Below, one piece after another: positions 47,131 through 57,767 of a DNA stretch of 64,000 nt (its first letter is position 1; the number at the start of each line of letters is the position of its first letter). Position numbers and translations under genes: made by a program. Source of the DNA: Patescibacteria group bacterium (GTDB taxonomy: Bacteria; Patescibacteriota; Patescibacteriia; UBA9934); NCBI GenBank assembly GCA_041660165.1, contig JBAZWW010000001.1, positions 105,035 through 169,034 of the forward strand, read 5' to 3'. The notes beneath the pieces are model-generated. The model worked only from the letters and a program-made list of their open reading frames with translations. It searched no databases and was not told where the DNA came from.

Positions 47131-47534
47131 AGACCGTTCTAGTGTTCGGTTCATTTGATGGCATTCATCCGGGGCATGAAGCCATGCTGAAGGAGGCTCG
47201 CCGGCATGGCGATAGATTAGTGGCTGCCCTCGCCCCCGATAATGTCATCGAAAGAATCAAGGGTCGTTTTCCGAAACATTTGTTTGAGGAACGCCAGGAC
47301 GCACTCATTGCGAGCGGACTCGTAGACCAAATTGCGACGAGTGACAAAGAGAACGGAACTTATAACATTTTGAACCGCGTGCACCCGGACGTGGTGGCCT
47401 TTGGGTATGACCAAACGGAGCTCCGGGAAAACTTTTTGAAGTATTTAGAGAAAACTGGTAGAAAGGTAGCGATTGTCATGCTCTCCCCGTTTGAGCCCGA
47501 GAAGTACAAATCCTCGAAAATTCAATCTGAGTGA
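47127..47534 (+). CDS. FMN adenylyltransferase-like nucleotidyltransferase domain protein (RibF N-domain-like)
   Basis: GSFDGIHPGH (HxGH motif). Translationally coupled to lysS via ATGA. Confidence 0.55.
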   Translation: MKTVLVFGSFDGIHPGHEAMLKEARRHGDRLVAALAPDNVIERIKGRFPKHLFEERQDALIASGLVDQIATSDKENGTYNILNRVHPDVVAFGYDQTELRENFLKYLEKTGRKVAIVMLSPFEPEKYKSSKIQSE

Positions 47535-47538
47535 TTTG

Positions 47539-47625
47539 GTTCCCACCCCGAGGCGACGAGGGGTAGGATTCTAGCCGAGATTCTCGAATAAAATACTATC
47601 CCTCCTATCGTCGGGATGGGAGATC
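47539..47625. repeat. Dispersed repeat copy M (CCCACCCCGAGG variant)
   Basis: TTCCCACCCCGAGGCGACGAGGGGTAGGATT...CTATCCCTCCTATCGTCGGGATGGGAGATCC. Confidence 0.6.
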
Positions 47626-47641
47626 CGTACACAACAGCCAT

Positions 47642-48904
47642 ATGATTGACATCAAACTGTTCCGAGAAAATCCAAACTTCTATCGTGACGCATCGCGCGC
47701 CAAAAATATTGAGATAGACATCCAGCGCATCATGGAGCTTGATCGGCGCGTACGATTATTGAAAACGGAACTCGAGGGTATTAGTGCGCAGAAGAATGAG
47801 GTCTCCAAGCGTATTCCGAAGGCGACGGCTGAAGAACGTAAAGAGATGATTGGCGAGATGCGGACGATTGATCAAAAAGCGGAAACGCTTCAGGCCGAGC
47901 TTGGCCCGATTGACAATGAGCTTGAGGATTTGCTTTACCATATCCCAAACCCCGCGCTCGCTGACGTAAAACTCGGCAAGAATGACACGGAGAATGAGGT
48001 CCTGCGCGAGGTTGGCAAACCAACGGAGTTTTCGTTTGCACCAAAGGATCATCTGGCGCTTGGCGAGGCGCTCGGAATTATTGACGTTGAGCAAGCCTCA
48101 AAGGTCAGCGCGTCGCGTTTCAACTATTTGATTGGCAACGGTGCGGGATTGGCCTACGCCATTCAGCAGTACGCCATGTGTACGGTCATGAAGCACGGTT
48201 TCACGCCGGTGGTTGTTCCGCACCTTGTCAACGCTCGCACCATGCGCGCCATGGGCTATCTTGAACACGGCGGACATGATGAGATTTACTATTTCCCCAA
48301 AGACAATTTGTATCTGATCGGTACGGCGGAACAACCGCTCGGTGGTCTGCACGTTGATCAGATTCTGGCCGAAAAAGTCTTGCCATTACGCTACGTGGCG
48401 TTTTCTAATGCTTTCAGACGCGAGGCCGGTAGTTATGGCAAGGATACGAAGGGCCTCATCCGCATGCACGAGTTCCAAAAGATCGAAATGTTCAGCTACA
48501 CCATCCCTGAAAACTCGAACGCTGAGCATGAGTTGCTGTTGTCAATTGAGGAGGAACTCGTTCGGGGCCTTGGTGTTCCTTATCGAGTAATCAAACAGTG
48601 TACAGGCGACCTCGGTCTCCCAGCGGCACGCAAGTACGACATTGAGTGCTGGATGCCAACACAGAATACCTACCGCGAGACTCACTCGACGAGTACGTGC
48701 ACGGACTTCCAGTCCAGACGTTTGAATACTCGCTATAAGAATGGGGAAGGGGAGACCAAACTCGTCCATACGCTGAACGGCACAGCCTTTGCCATAGGCC
48801 GTATCCTCGCGGTCATTCTCGAGAATTTCCAGAACGAGGATGGCTCGATCACTATCCCGGGGGTGTTACGGCCGTACATGGGCGGGATGGAACGGATCGG
48901 GTAG
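47642..48904 (+). CDS. serS: Seryl-tRNA synthetase
   Basis: N-terminal coiled coil; class II motifs FRREAGS and GLGVPYRVI. Confidence 0.95.
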   Translation: MIDIKLFRENPNFYRDASRAKNIEIDIQRIMELDRRVRLLKTELEGISAQKNEVSKRIPKATAEERKEMIGEMRTIDQKAETLQAELGPIDNELEDLLYHIPNPALADVKLGKNDTENEVLREVGKPTEFSFAPKDHLALGEALGIIDVEQASKVSASRFNYLIGNGAGLAYAIQQYAMCTVMKHGFTPVVVPHLVNARTMRAMGYLEHGGHDEIYYFPKDNLYLIGTAEQPLGGLHVDQILAEKVLPLRYVAFSNAFRREAGSYGKDTKGLIRMHEFQKIEMFSYTIPENSNAEHELLLSIEEELVRGLGVPYRVIKQCTGDLGLPAARKYDIECWMPTQNTYRETHSTSTCTDFQSRRLNTRYKNGEGETKLVHTLNGTAFAIGRILAVILENFQNEDGSITIPGVLRPYMGGMERIG

Positions 48905-48905
48905 T

Positions 48906-50051
48906 ATGCACGCCAAAACCTGGGTTGAGATTTCTGCTCCGGCTCTGCGGAGCAATATTCGTGAGCTGATGGCTACGCTCAGCCCAGGCGTTTCTTTTTG
49001 CGCCATCGTCAAAGCGAATGCCTACGGCCACGGCACAGCGCAAGTGGCCTCAATCGCCGTTCAGGAAGGCGTGAAGCTATTCGGGGTTGACTCAGTTGAC
49101 GAAGCCTTGGTTGTTAGAGCCGTCGCGCCTAAAGCGTCGATTTTTATTATGGGGGCAACCATCCCCGAACGGCTTGAGGACGTTATAAATGTTCGAGCAA
49201 TTCAAGCCATCTATGACGTTGGCAGTCTGAAAGCCATTCGCGAGACGGCTCGATTACTTGGCAAACCGGCGCTCGTGACGATCGAGCTTGAAACCGGTTT
49301 GCACCGGCTCGGCGCGGAAGGGCGAGAACTTTCGGCTATGCTAGACGAGCTCAAATTTTCCTGTGGGCTCGTGTATGTCGTTAGTGTTGCTTCGCATCTT
49401 TCGAGTGCGGAAGACCTGCCGATGGCGGGTTTGACAAGCGGTCAGTATGACCGTTTCTGGAAAGCGGTCAGCGAGATTCAGACAAAGGGCCATCAGCCTG
49501 AACACCTGCATATTGCCTGCTCGGCTGCCGGCATCATGCATGAGCTGAATCACGGCACGCAGATTCGCTACGGCATTGTCATGTACGGCCTGTGGCCATC
49601 GCTTGACGTCCGGCGAGCCGGCACGCTCGGTAAACACCACGCCGACCTGAAACCGGTGCTGTCGTGGAAAACAACGATTGCTCAAGTGAAGGATGTGTCG
49701 GCTGGTGCGGGAATTAGTTATGGACCAACGGTTGTTGTAAATAGGCTGACTCGAGTAGCTGTTTTGCCAGTAGGCTATTACGATGGCTATGATCGAGCGT
49801 TGTCTGGCATTAGTTCGGTTGTCATTCACGGCACAAAGTGCCCTATCCTCGGCCGTGTTTGCATGAACATGTTCATGGTGGATGTCTCGACCGTTCCAGG
49901 AACGCTCTCTGCGAACACGCCAGTTACCTTGCTCGGACGTGACGGCATTCATACAATTACCGCTGAAGACATCGCTGATAAACTCGGCACGATCAATTAC
50001 GAGGTGGTAACGCGCATAAATCCGCTCTTGCCTCGTGTTATCGTTGGGTAG
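48906..50051 (+). CDS. alr: Alanine racemase
   Basis: AIVKANAYGHG PLP-lysine motif. The start is trimmed to MHAKTWVEIS. Confidence 0.9.
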   Translation: MHAKTWVEISAPALRSNIRELMATLSPGVSFCAIVKANAYGHGTAQVASIAVQEGVKLFGVDSVDEALVVRAVAPKASIFIMGATIPERLEDVINVRAIQAIYDVGSLKAIRETARLLGKPALVTIELETGLHRLGAEGRELSAMLDELKFSCGLVYVVSVASHLSSAEDLPMAGLTSGQYDRFWKAVSEIQTKGHQPEHLHIACSAAGIMHELNHGTQIRYGIVMYGLWPSLDVRRAGTLGKHHADLKPVLSWKTTIAQVKDVSAGAGISYGPTVVVNRLTRVAVLPVGYYDGYDRALSGISSVVIHGTKCPILGRVCMNMFMVDVSTVPGTLSANTPVTLLGRDGIHTITAEDIADKLGTINYEVVTRINPLLPRVIVG

Positions 50052-50052
50052 T

Positions 50053-50922
50053 ATGAAGCGCGACTTTTTTAGGGCCTCGATAGCGAAAGCGCATGATGGA
50101 GAAGGGATGGCTAATCCCTTGTTTCCGGTTCATCAAAAACCGCTCTGGAAAAAGATCTTGTATGTGGTATTTGTGACGAGTCTATCATTTGGTGCCTGCG
50201 AGTTTGGCATTTCGTATTTACAACGTCCGCAATTTCAGTTATCGAACGTGACATTAGAGGGCCTGTCGTTGCTTGATGAGGGGGCGGTGCGAGGCGTGAT
50301 TGATAAAGACCTGCATGAAAGAACGATGCTCTTCTTCACGCAAGGGCATCAAGCATTTTTTAACGCTGATGATCTCAAGGCCGTGCTAACAGAAAATTTC
50401 TCTATTCGCGGAGTTTCAGTCGCCCGAAACGGAGCAGATCTTCATGTGGCCATCGTTGAAGATATCGTTATGGTCCTGGTGCATTCCAGCGAGCATTGGC
50501 TTTTAACAGGACTCGATGGAAAGATCTTGCGGGAACTTTCAGCAGAGGAAATTAAGAATGCTAGCGCCTCTGAAGTTACCCCGCCATTTGATAGAGTGCC
50601 CTTGATCGTTCTTGACGAACAAATTGATTCCGCACTCGCTGAACCCGTCATCTCGCCCGCCAGGCTTGCGGGCTTGGTGAAACTCGACCATAATCTGCGG
50701 GCCAGAACGCTGACTCCCATCAGCTATTCCCTCAATACTCGCAAAACGAGCTGGCTAAAGGTAAAAGTAAAAGAAAAACCCTACGGCATTCTGGTGGATC
50801 TTGATCAGGACATTGAACAAGAAACCGCCATGTTAGACGCCGCCGCTGCCTCATACGCCAACGCCGATGGGGGACTGCAATACATTGATCTTAGATTTGG
50901 AAATCACGTTTACGTAAAATAA
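50053..50922 (+). CDS. FtsQ/DivIB-like cell-division protein (TM + POTRA)
   Basis: Single TM segment, then a POTRA-like beta-alpha block. Weak family call. Confidence 0.5.
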   Translation: MKRDFFRASIAKAHDGEGMANPLFPVHQKPLWKKILYVVFVTSLSFGACEFGISYLQRPQFQLSNVTLEGLSLLDEGAVRGVIDKDLHERTMLFFTQGHQAFFNADDLKAVLTENFSIRGVSVARNGADLHVAIVEDIVMVLVHSSEHWLLTGLDGKILRELSAEEIKNASASEVTPPFDRVPLIVLDEQIDSALAEPVISPARLAGLVKLDHNLRARTLTPISYSLNTRKTSWLKVKVKEKPYGILVDLDQDIEQETAMLDAAAASYANADGGLQYIDLRFGNHVYVK

Positions 50923-50923
50923 T

Positions 50924-51910
50924 ATGAAAATTCTTGTCACGGGAGGCGCGGGCTTTATTGGCTCGAACCTTGTTCGCCGATTGCTTGATGCCAAGCACGA
51001 TGTTACAATTTACGACTGTTTTTCTACCGGCGTTGAGGCGAACATTGAAGGACTGCCCGTGGAAATTATCCGTGACACAATTAGTAATTTCGACAAGCAC
51101 GATTCGTCCGCCTTTGAGGTAATTTTCCACCTTGGTATGCCAAGTACCATGATGCTCTATAGAAACGACTCGGTTGATACCATGTATGAGGCGGTCATTG
51201 GCATGCAGAGGATACTCGAGGCCTGCAGAGTACATGGCTCAAAGCTCATTTTTGCCAGTTCGTCGAGCGTCTATAACGGCCTTGAACTCCCGCACACGGA
51301 AGATCGAGAGATACTGATCAAAGACTTCTACACGGAGGCGCGAGTAGCTATGGAGCGCATGGCCAAATTATATACGGATCTCTACGGCCTGAATTCAATC
51401 GGCTTCCGTTTCTTTGCGGTCTACGGCCCGCACGAGGAGGCTAAGAAAGGCTACGCGAATATGGTCAGTCAGTTTATGTGGTCAATCATGAAGGGTGATG
51501 CTCCGCGAGTATTTGGCGACGGTACGCAGACCCGTGATTTTACCTACGTTGATGACGTGACGAGGATTCTCGCGGAAGCCATGGACAGGACGTTTGACCG
51601 CACGGAGATTTTCAACATTGGCACGGCGCACAACTATACTTTTAACGACATCATTCGAGTAATAAACGAAGAACTCGGCACGAACGTTCAGCCGGTCTAC
51701 GTCCCGAATCCGATCCGCAATTACGTTTCAACTTTGCTCGCTGACATCACGAAGCTAAAACAGCACTTCGGTGCACCAGAGATTGAACTTCGCGAGGGCG
51801 TAAGACGGCTCGTGAACTACTACAAAACAGAATCAGCCCCTCCAGATATGCAAAAGATGGAAGACTACTACGTCTCAAAGGTGGCCACCCGCGGACCTGA
51901 CGAGAAATAA
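50924..51910 (+). CDS. NAD-dependent sugar epimerase/dehydratase (SDR extended)
   Basis: VTGGAGFIGSNL Rossmann motif and a YxxxK catalytic pair. Confidence 0.85.
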   Translation: MKILVTGGAGFIGSNLVRRLLDAKHDVTIYDCFSTGVEANIEGLPVEIIRDTISNFDKHDSSAFEVIFHLGMPSTMMLYRNDSVDTMYEAVIGMQRILEACRVHGSKLIFASSSSVYNGLELPHTEDREILIKDFYTEARVAMERMAKLYTDLYGLNSIGFRFFAVYGPHEEAKKGYANMVSQFMWSIMKGDAPRVFGDGTQTRDFTYVDDVTRILAEAMDRTFDRTEIFNIGTAHNYTFNDIIRVINEELGTNVQPVYVPNPIRNYVSTLLADITKLKQHFGAPEIELREGVRRLVNYYKTESAPPDMQKMEDYYVSKVATRGPDEK

Positions 51911-51913
51911 TTT

Positions 51914-52339
51914 ATGGCCATTAGAAAACCACCGCGAGGAGTTGCTGCGTCCGTTGCTGTTTATTCGGCGAGTACAGGTTCATTTTTGATGATTCAGAGA
52001 AAGTGGGACCCAGATAAGGGCAAATGGGCCTTTCCTGGCGGGTATATGGAGGTTGATCAGGAAACCCTTGAGCAGGCCGGGGTCCGAGAATTAAAAGAAG
52101 AAACGGGTGTTGAGATTGCCGAAGCTCAGCTGAAGCTGATGCACGTACTGTCGGACCCTAAAAGAGACCCGCGGGGCCACGTAGTTGACGTGGGCTACTT
52201 TGTTCGCTTTGAAAAAGAGGCGCCCGGAATTGGCAGTGATGAAACGCGTACAAAATGGATCACGGTAGATGTGGCAAAACGGCTTGATTTCGCCCTGGGG
52301 CACCGTCAAATGTTTGATGAGGCCATGAAACTTATCTAG
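51914..52339 (+). CDS. NUDIX hydrolase
   Basis: GGYMEVDQETLEQAGVRELKEETGV Nudix box. Confidence 0.8.
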   Translation: MAIRKPPRGVAASVAVYSASTGSFLMIQRKWDPDKGKWAFPGGYMEVDQETLEQAGVRELKEETGVEIAEAQLKLMHVLSDPKRDPRGHVVDVGYFVRFEKEAPGIGSDETRTKWITVDVAKRLDFALGHRQMFDEAMKLI

Positions 52340-53265
52340 AGCTTCACGATCTGTTCGGCAAGCTGCACGTTCTCAATTTTGCTGTCGTGGTCAACGATAC
52401 ATGTGTCAATTTTCGAGTTCTCGATTCGTGCTCCCGCCAAAATGATCGAATCCTTAATGGTCGAATTTTTGATCTCGCAAGTTTCGTCAACATGATTCAC
52501 ACCCGCGAACGTATTGCCGAGTGCGGGGTCAAGGAACCTTGGCGGAACGGCGATCGAGGCCCCGGCATGAATGTGGGCGTCCACATACGCCCTGAAAGAG
52601 CCGATGTCATTCCAGTAGCCCGTGAAGGTATAGACATGAGACTCAACTCCTTGTTCGAGGAAATTCTCGAACACTGCCCCGATACGATCAGGCAAGCGGA
52701 CAGCGAGTTCCGAAATCATCGGCAAGTAGCGCTGAGGCACGTAATAGAAACAGGCGCCAACGAGTGTGGAGAGGGGATGCTCCGGCTTCTCTTGAAAGCT
52801 TTTTACGACGCTACCTTCCGCGATAACTACCCCGTACTTTTTTGCATCTTCAACATTTTGAATATCATAAGCAGCTAGCGCCGGCTGATTCTGAGTAAAG
52901 GCCATGAAGTCCTCTATCTTGAAGCTGAAGAAATTGTCCCCGCCGATAATTAGCAGGTCCTCGTCAATCTTAAACTGGTCTATGGCGAGTCCTACCGCGC
53001 CAAGGGAACCCTTCTTCGTAGCTTCTGACGTAGACGGTTCTACGAGCACAGTGATGTCCCTGTCTGCGTGCAGTTTTCGCCACTCGTGAAAATCGTTCTC
53101 AAACGCGGTATTGGTGCTCACAATGATGGGGAAGTGGGCGGGGACGTTCTCCACGATATGCGAAATGACCGCCTTGCCAGCCAGCGGTAAAAGCGTCTTC
53201 GCTTTATCTGCGGTTAATGGTTGCAAGCGTTTAGCAAAACCTCCGGCGAGGATCAATACTTTCAT
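52336..53265 (-). CDS. Sugar-1-phosphate nucleotidyltransferase with C-terminal left-handed beta-helix
   Basis: MKVLILAGGFAKRLQPLT G-x-G-x-R motif, and hexapeptide repeats at the C-terminus. Confidence 0.8.
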   Translation of the reverse strand: MKVLILAGGFAKRLQPLTADKAKTLLPLAGKAVISHIVENVPAHFPIIVSTNTAFENDFHEWRKLHADRDITVLVEPSTSEATKKGSLGAVGLAIDQFKIDEDLLIIGGDNFFSFKIEDFMAFTQNQPALAAYDIQNVEDAKKYGVVIAEGSVVKSFQEKPEHPLSTLVGACFYYVPQRYLPMISELAVRLPDRIGAVFENFLEQGVESHVYTFTGYWNDIGSFRAYVDAHIHAGASIAVPPRFLDPALGNTFAGVNHVDETCEIKNSTIKDSIILAGARIENSKIDTCIVDHDSKIENVQLAEQIVKL

Positions 53266-53469
53266 AAGATGATTCTTTTTATCACAAAATGGGAGACGGT
53301 TCAATATGGGTCAGATTCTAGACAGGGGAGTAGGGAGACCCATATGCTAGTTTAAAACGCGGGTATCCAGATAGCCTTCACACGAATATAGTGGCGTCGC
53401 ACAATATATCTTCTACGACCCTTGGGGCGTTAATTACCATGAATCGCTAATACCTCAATAACCTTAGCA

Positions 53470-53545
53470 TCCCTCCTGAATCATACTTGTTCGCCCAATC
53501 AGATCTCTTCCCTTCGACAAGCTCAGGGTCGAGATGACAACGTGG
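53470..53545. repeat. Degenerate dispersed-repeat copy N
   Basis: CGCCCAATCAGATCTCTTCCCTTCGACAAGCTCAGGGTCGAGATGACAA resembles the inner half of copies A and D. Confidence 0.4.
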
Positions 53546-53673
53546 ACCGTCAGATCCAGCCTCGATCACAACCGTCTTTAAACTCGCCAAAACCCCGACG
53601 CGTTTAAATGCCCTGGGTTGATTTGGGGGTATCCTAGTACCCCTAATTTAAAGTGCGAAAACCAGCGGTCCTT

Positions 53674-54903
53674 TTAGCGTGGCAAGAACGGCATAGGGTC
53701 TACAGGAATACCACCTTTACGCACTTCAAAGTGCAGGTGCGGACCCGTTGAGAGTCCCGCACCCTTGCTTCCTGGGCGTCCACCAGATAGTCCAATGATG
53801 TCGCCACGGCTGACTACCTGGTCTTGCACGACCATGAATTTTGAAAGATGCGCGTATAACGTAGCCAAACCGTTTTCATGAATAATCATGATGTAGTTGC
53901 CGTATTGACTGCCGGTACGGGTCCAGGCCACAACGCCTGGCGCAGCGGCCTCAACGGGACTGCCCTGAGGCGTAGCGATATCGAGTCCAGGGTGTTCGAA
54001 CAAGTATCGAAACGGATAGGTAGGGTCGTGAAATAATGTAGTAATGATCCCGCGGAGAGGCCAGGTTATAGCACTCGGATTCGGATCATCGCTCTGTGCC
54101 AATGCCTCATCCGCTTTATTTTGAAGCTCATTGATTCTGGTAGTGATCGCTTGCTGTTCTTGGCGTAATTCATTGATGAGCTGGCGGTACCCCGCCTCTG
54201 TGTCCTCCGTCTCCGCAGCCAGAACTTCCTTTGCTCCCTTCTGATTTTCAAGGACGAGCGCCTGCTTCTTCAGCTTCTGTTCAAGGGTCTGGAGGTCCTC
54301 TAATTTAGAGCTGGCTGTACTCATATCCTCCTGAAGTCCTTCCCGCGTGACGTGCGTAGCGGACAGTGTCTTGCGCAGGTCTCCGTTCACGGATTCAAGA
54401 TCCGCCACAGCTTTAAATACCTGATCAAATGTCTTTGCGCCAAGCATGAGCTCAAGCGCTCCTCCTTCTGCGTCCTGCTTGTGGAGTGAAAAGATGAGAT
54501 TGCCAAGCAATTGCTTTTGTCTCTCCAGCTTCTTATCAGCCTCGCTAATCTTACCGTTGATTTGTTGGAGCTCAAGATTTGAGGTATCAATCTCCGCCTG
54601 CGTGCTTGCCACGTCAAGCTCTGCCATGGCCGTTTGGTTTTCAAGAAGTGCTATGTCATTCATGAGCGATGCTGACTTCTTTCCGTACTCCGCAATTTTC
54701 TTTTTATACTCGCCCAGCTGATTGTTAATGGTCTCAATCTGCGCTTTGCGGTTTTGAATTTCTTGAGCAATCGCCGTAGGATCCGTTGGCATTTCAGCGA
54801 GCGCGAACAACTGCGCGGGCGCAATGCTCACAGCTAGAAGCGCTAGAACAGTTTGTCGAACAATCCTCCGAATGTTCATAGTGGCGTTCATACTGATGGC
54901 CAA
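53674..54903 (-). CDS. M23 peptidase with N-terminal coiled coil (EnvC/NlpD-like)
   Basis: HPGLDIA...GNYIMIIHENGLATLYAHL...GPHLHFEV LytM motifs. Confidence 0.85.
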   Translation of the reverse strand: MAISMNATMNIRRIVRQTVLALLAVSIAPAQLFALAEMPTDPTAIAQEIQNRKAQIETINNQLGEYKKKIAEYGKKSASLMNDIALLENQTAMAELDVASTQAEIDTSNLELQQINGKISEADKKLERQKQLLGNLIFSLHKQDAEGGALELMLGAKTFDQVFKAVADLESVNGDLRKTLSATHVTREGLQEDMSTASSKLEDLQTLEQKLKKQALVLENQKGAKEVLAAETEDTEAGYRQLINELRQEQQAITTRINELQNKADEALAQSDDPNPSAITWPLRGIITTLFHDPTYPFRYLFEHPGLDIATPQGSPVEAAAPGVVAWTRTGSQYGNYIMIIHENGLATLYAHLSKFMVVQDQVVSRGDIIGLSGGRPGSKGAGLSTGPHLHFEVRKGGIPVDPMPFLPR

Positions 54904-54942
54904 TTCAGATCCCTCGCTCTGCTCGGGATGACAAACGCGTCC
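54899..54942. repeat. Half copy of the dispersed repeat (inverted), copy O
   Basis: CCAATTCAGATCCCTCGCTCTGCTCGGGATGAC is the reverse complement of the left half of copy D. Confidence 0.5.
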
Positions 54943-56405
54943 TACTCGATGATCTTAATAGCCTTCTCGATCCGTTTCAGAGATTCCTCTTTTCCTAAAA
55001 CCCACAACAGCTCGAATGGACTGGCAGATTTTTCACGGCCGGATAACGCGACGCGAAGAGGCCACAACACGTTGCCGTTTGAGAGGCCCTTATCCGTAAT
55101 ATACGCCTTCACAGATGCCTCGAGAAGCACAATTTCTGAAAAGGTCTTTTGGTCGAGCATTTTCAGGTGCTCAAGCATTCCCGCCAACTGCATCTTTGCA
55201 TCCACGACATCAGCTTTTTTCCAAACGAGAATCGCTGGCTCGTAGCCCTCGGCCGACAGATACGGCGCGATCGCCGGCACGAACTCGGCCAGCGTGTTGA
55301 CCCGGGGGCGCTCGATAATCACAGCTCGGCGGACGAGTTCATTCTGCAGATCAATCTCCGCAGAAAAAGCCCCAAGTGTCGTAAAAAACTCAGCCTCCCC
55401 CATTGCGTTCAGATAGTGGTGGTTCATCCAGTCGAGTTTCTCGTGATTGAGTACGGCTCCGCTCTTATTCACTTTGGAGAGATCAAAAAGTTCGATCAGT
55501 TCCTGTAGCGTATAGAGTTCCTGGTCAGCTTTCGGATTAAAGCCGAGTGTTCCAATAAAGTTCAGGAGCGTTTTTGGCAAGTAGCCCTTCTGTAAAAACT
55601 CCTCCACTGCTACATCACCCTGGCGCTTGGATAACTTCGTTTTATCAGGGTTGAGCAGAAGCGGAAGATGAGCGAACTCCGGAACCTTCCAGCCGAACAT
55701 GCCAAAAAGGATGGTCTGCTTTGGCGTTGACGGCAACCATTCTTCGCCCCGAATAATGTGCGAGATTTCCATGTGGTGGTCATCAACCACCACGGCCAAG
55801 TGATACGTTGGGAAACCGTCAGACTTCATCAGCACCTGGTCATCAATCTCCTGGTGCGAGATGGTAACTTCGCCCCGTACAAGGTCCTTGATCGTGGTTG
55901 AGCCTTCGGGCACCTTCATGCGGATGACGCTAGGCTCGCCGGCAGTTAATCTGGCGCTAACCTCGCCTGCCGATAGTTTTAGACACAGGCGATCATAGCG
56001 CGGTGTTTGTTTGGCAGCCGTTTGCGCCGTGCGCATTTCTTCTAGTCGCTCGGCCGTGCAGAAACAGCGATACGCGTGGCCATCAGTGAGCAACTGTTCG
56101 GCATACTTCTGATACATGGGCAAGCGTTGTGACTGGACGTACGGGCCGAACGGTCCTTTTTCAGACAGCGTTCCATCCGCTAAAAGAACCGGGCCTTCAT
56201 CATGCCCAAGCCCAAAAACCGCCAGCGTTTTGAGTAAATTTTCAACCGCTCCGGGGACAAGGCGCTTCTGATCAGTGTCCTCAATGCGGATCAAAAATTC
56301 ACCGCCATTTTTCTTCGCGAAGAGATAATTGGACAACGCCATACGAAGCGTTCCAATGTGCATGAAGCCGGTTGGCGATGGTGCAATTCTTGTTCGGACA
56401 TGCAT
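54942..56405 (-). CDS. gltX: Glutamyl-tRNA synthetase
   Basis: RIAPSPTGFMHIGTLR (HIGH motif) and KLSKR (KMSKS-like motif). Confidence 0.95.
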   Translation of the reverse strand: MHVRTRIAPSPTGFMHIGTLRMALSNYLFAKKNGGEFLIRIEDTDQKRLVPGAVENLLKTLAVFGLGHDEGPVLLADGTLSEKGPFGPYVQSQRLPMYQKYAEQLLTDGHAYRCFCTAERLEEMRTAQTAAKQTPRYDRLCLKLSAGEVSARLTAGEPSVIRMKVPEGSTTIKDLVRGEVTISHQEIDDQVLMKSDGFPTYHLAVVVDDHHMEISHIIRGEEWLPSTPKQTILFGMFGWKVPEFAHLPLLLNPDKTKLSKRQGDVAVEEFLQKGYLPKTLLNFIGTLGFNPKADQELYTLQELIELFDLSKVNKSGAVLNHEKLDWMNHHYLNAMGEAEFFTTLGAFSAEIDLQNELVRRAVIIERPRVNTLAEFVPAIAPYLSAEGYEPAILVWKKADVVDAKMQLAGMLEHLKMLDQKTFSEIVLLEASVKAYITDKGLSNGNVLWPLRVALSGREKSASPFELLWVLGKEESLKRIEKAIKIIE

Positions 56406-56428
56406 AGCGTTGTTGTTGTCCTAATTTA

Positions 56429-57244
56429 TTAAAATAACTCGCTGTAAACGCGCTTCGCTGCCTTCAAGAGCCTTCTCCGGCCGATACACTCCCAGACTAC
56501 AACTGCTGGAAAAACGATGACTGCCCGGAATATTCGCGGTGATCGCCAGGGCTGTTTAATCAACCGCCACAAGGACTCTACCCCTCGCTTGCGCCAGGCT
56601 AACGGCGGAATGAGCGACGGATGCGCCAGCGTGCGAATGGCCCCGCCAACGCCAATGAGAATACGTGCGGTCGAAATTTCCTCAGCAAGAAACGCCATGA
56701 CCCGCTCCTGTTTCCCCTGCCGGCGCCCCCTCCCCTGCCCCAACGCCACAGCAATAATAACAGGTTCAAGCGATTTGACGCGGGAGGCCACAGCCTCAGA
56801 TAGCCTTGGCACCTCATCATCAATGATGCCGGGATCAAGAGCCACAATATCAAGCGTGGGATATAACTTCTTAAACTCTCCGCCAACAATTTCCGGATCT
56901 TTGCCAGTTCCGCCAAGAATGAGCATCCGCTTGCCAGACTCAGCGCTGAGGCGGGCTAACAACTGCAGAGTGTCAACGCCAGTGTGACGATGAATAAGCG
57001 CCTCATCATCCGTCAACGCGGCCACGGCGTACTTAATACTGACCCCATCGGGCAAAGATAAGTCCGCACTTTTTAGAATACCGCGGAACTCTGCATCATC
57101 CCGAGCGGAAAGAATAAATTCAGCGTTGGGCGTAACCACAATATTCGCCCGGGCAGAGACGAGCATGTCGTTCAGTCTTTGTTCAAGCTCCGCGTCAGGA
57201 ATGTCATCCACTCGAACACCTAAGATGTCATGCGAAGAGTTCAT
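56429..57244 (-). CDS. WecB/TagA/CpsF-family glycosyltransferase
   Basis: ILGVRVD...VVTPNAEF N-terminus is typical of GT26. Confidence 0.75.
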   Translation of the reverse strand: MNSSHDILGVRVDDIPDAELEQRLNDMLVSARANIVVTPNAEFILSARDDAEFRGILKSADLSLPDGVSIKYAVAALTDDEALIHRHTGVDTLQLLARLSAESGKRMLILGGTGKDPEIVGGEFKKLYPTLDIVALDPGIIDDEVPRLSEAVASRVKSLEPVIIAVALGQGRGRRQGKQERVMAFLAEEISTARILIGVGGAIRTLAHPSLIPPLAWRKRGVESLWRLIKQPWRSPRIFRAVIVFPAVVVWECIGRRRLLKAAKRVYSELF

Positions 57245-57705
57245 GATTTTTTACGAAAGGTGATGTACGAGCATGCAAACGCAGCCATTGCCCCGAATAG
57301 ATCAAAAAATAAATCTTTCATAGTATCTCCAATACTCGGCTGGGCAGGAGTAAAAACAACCTGCGTAAAGGCTCGGGCAAAATCGTGAATAAACTCATAC
57401 CACTCCCAAACAATACCTACAATCGCCACAAAGCCAATCACCGCCACCGTCTTCACCAGGAACGGTATACTGGAGAGCGAACGCTTGCCGTAGCCCAGGC
57501 CCATATCCCACGCAACCAGCCCCATGACTGCAATAGATGCTCCACCCAGGAAGTGCATGGGAATATCAAAGTACGGCCAAACCCCATAAACACCGGCCTT
57601 CGCCCCAAAAAAGTTAATGAAGTAAATTGCCAAAGTGAAGCCAAAAAGCTTAAGTAATTTGCTCAACATATTGGCCCCATGATACGCCCACCCAAAGTTC
57701 TCCAC
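57241..57705 (-). CDS. VanZ-like membrane protein
   Basis: Four TM helices and a GDTMKDLFFDLFGAMAAF C-terminal motif. Confidence 0.45.
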   Translation of the reverse strand: MENFGWAYHGANMLSKLLKLFGFTLAIYFINFFGAKAGVYGVWPYFDIPMHFLGGASIAVMGLVAWDMGLGYGKRSLSSIPFLVKTVAVIGFVAIVGIVWEWYEFIHDFARAFTQVVFTPAQPSIGDTMKDLFFDLFGAMAAFACSYITFRKKS

Positions 57706-57767
57706 AAGTAAATTGACACCCCTATTTTAGCAATCTATACTTGTGAGTGCTAAGCTGAAAATGCCCT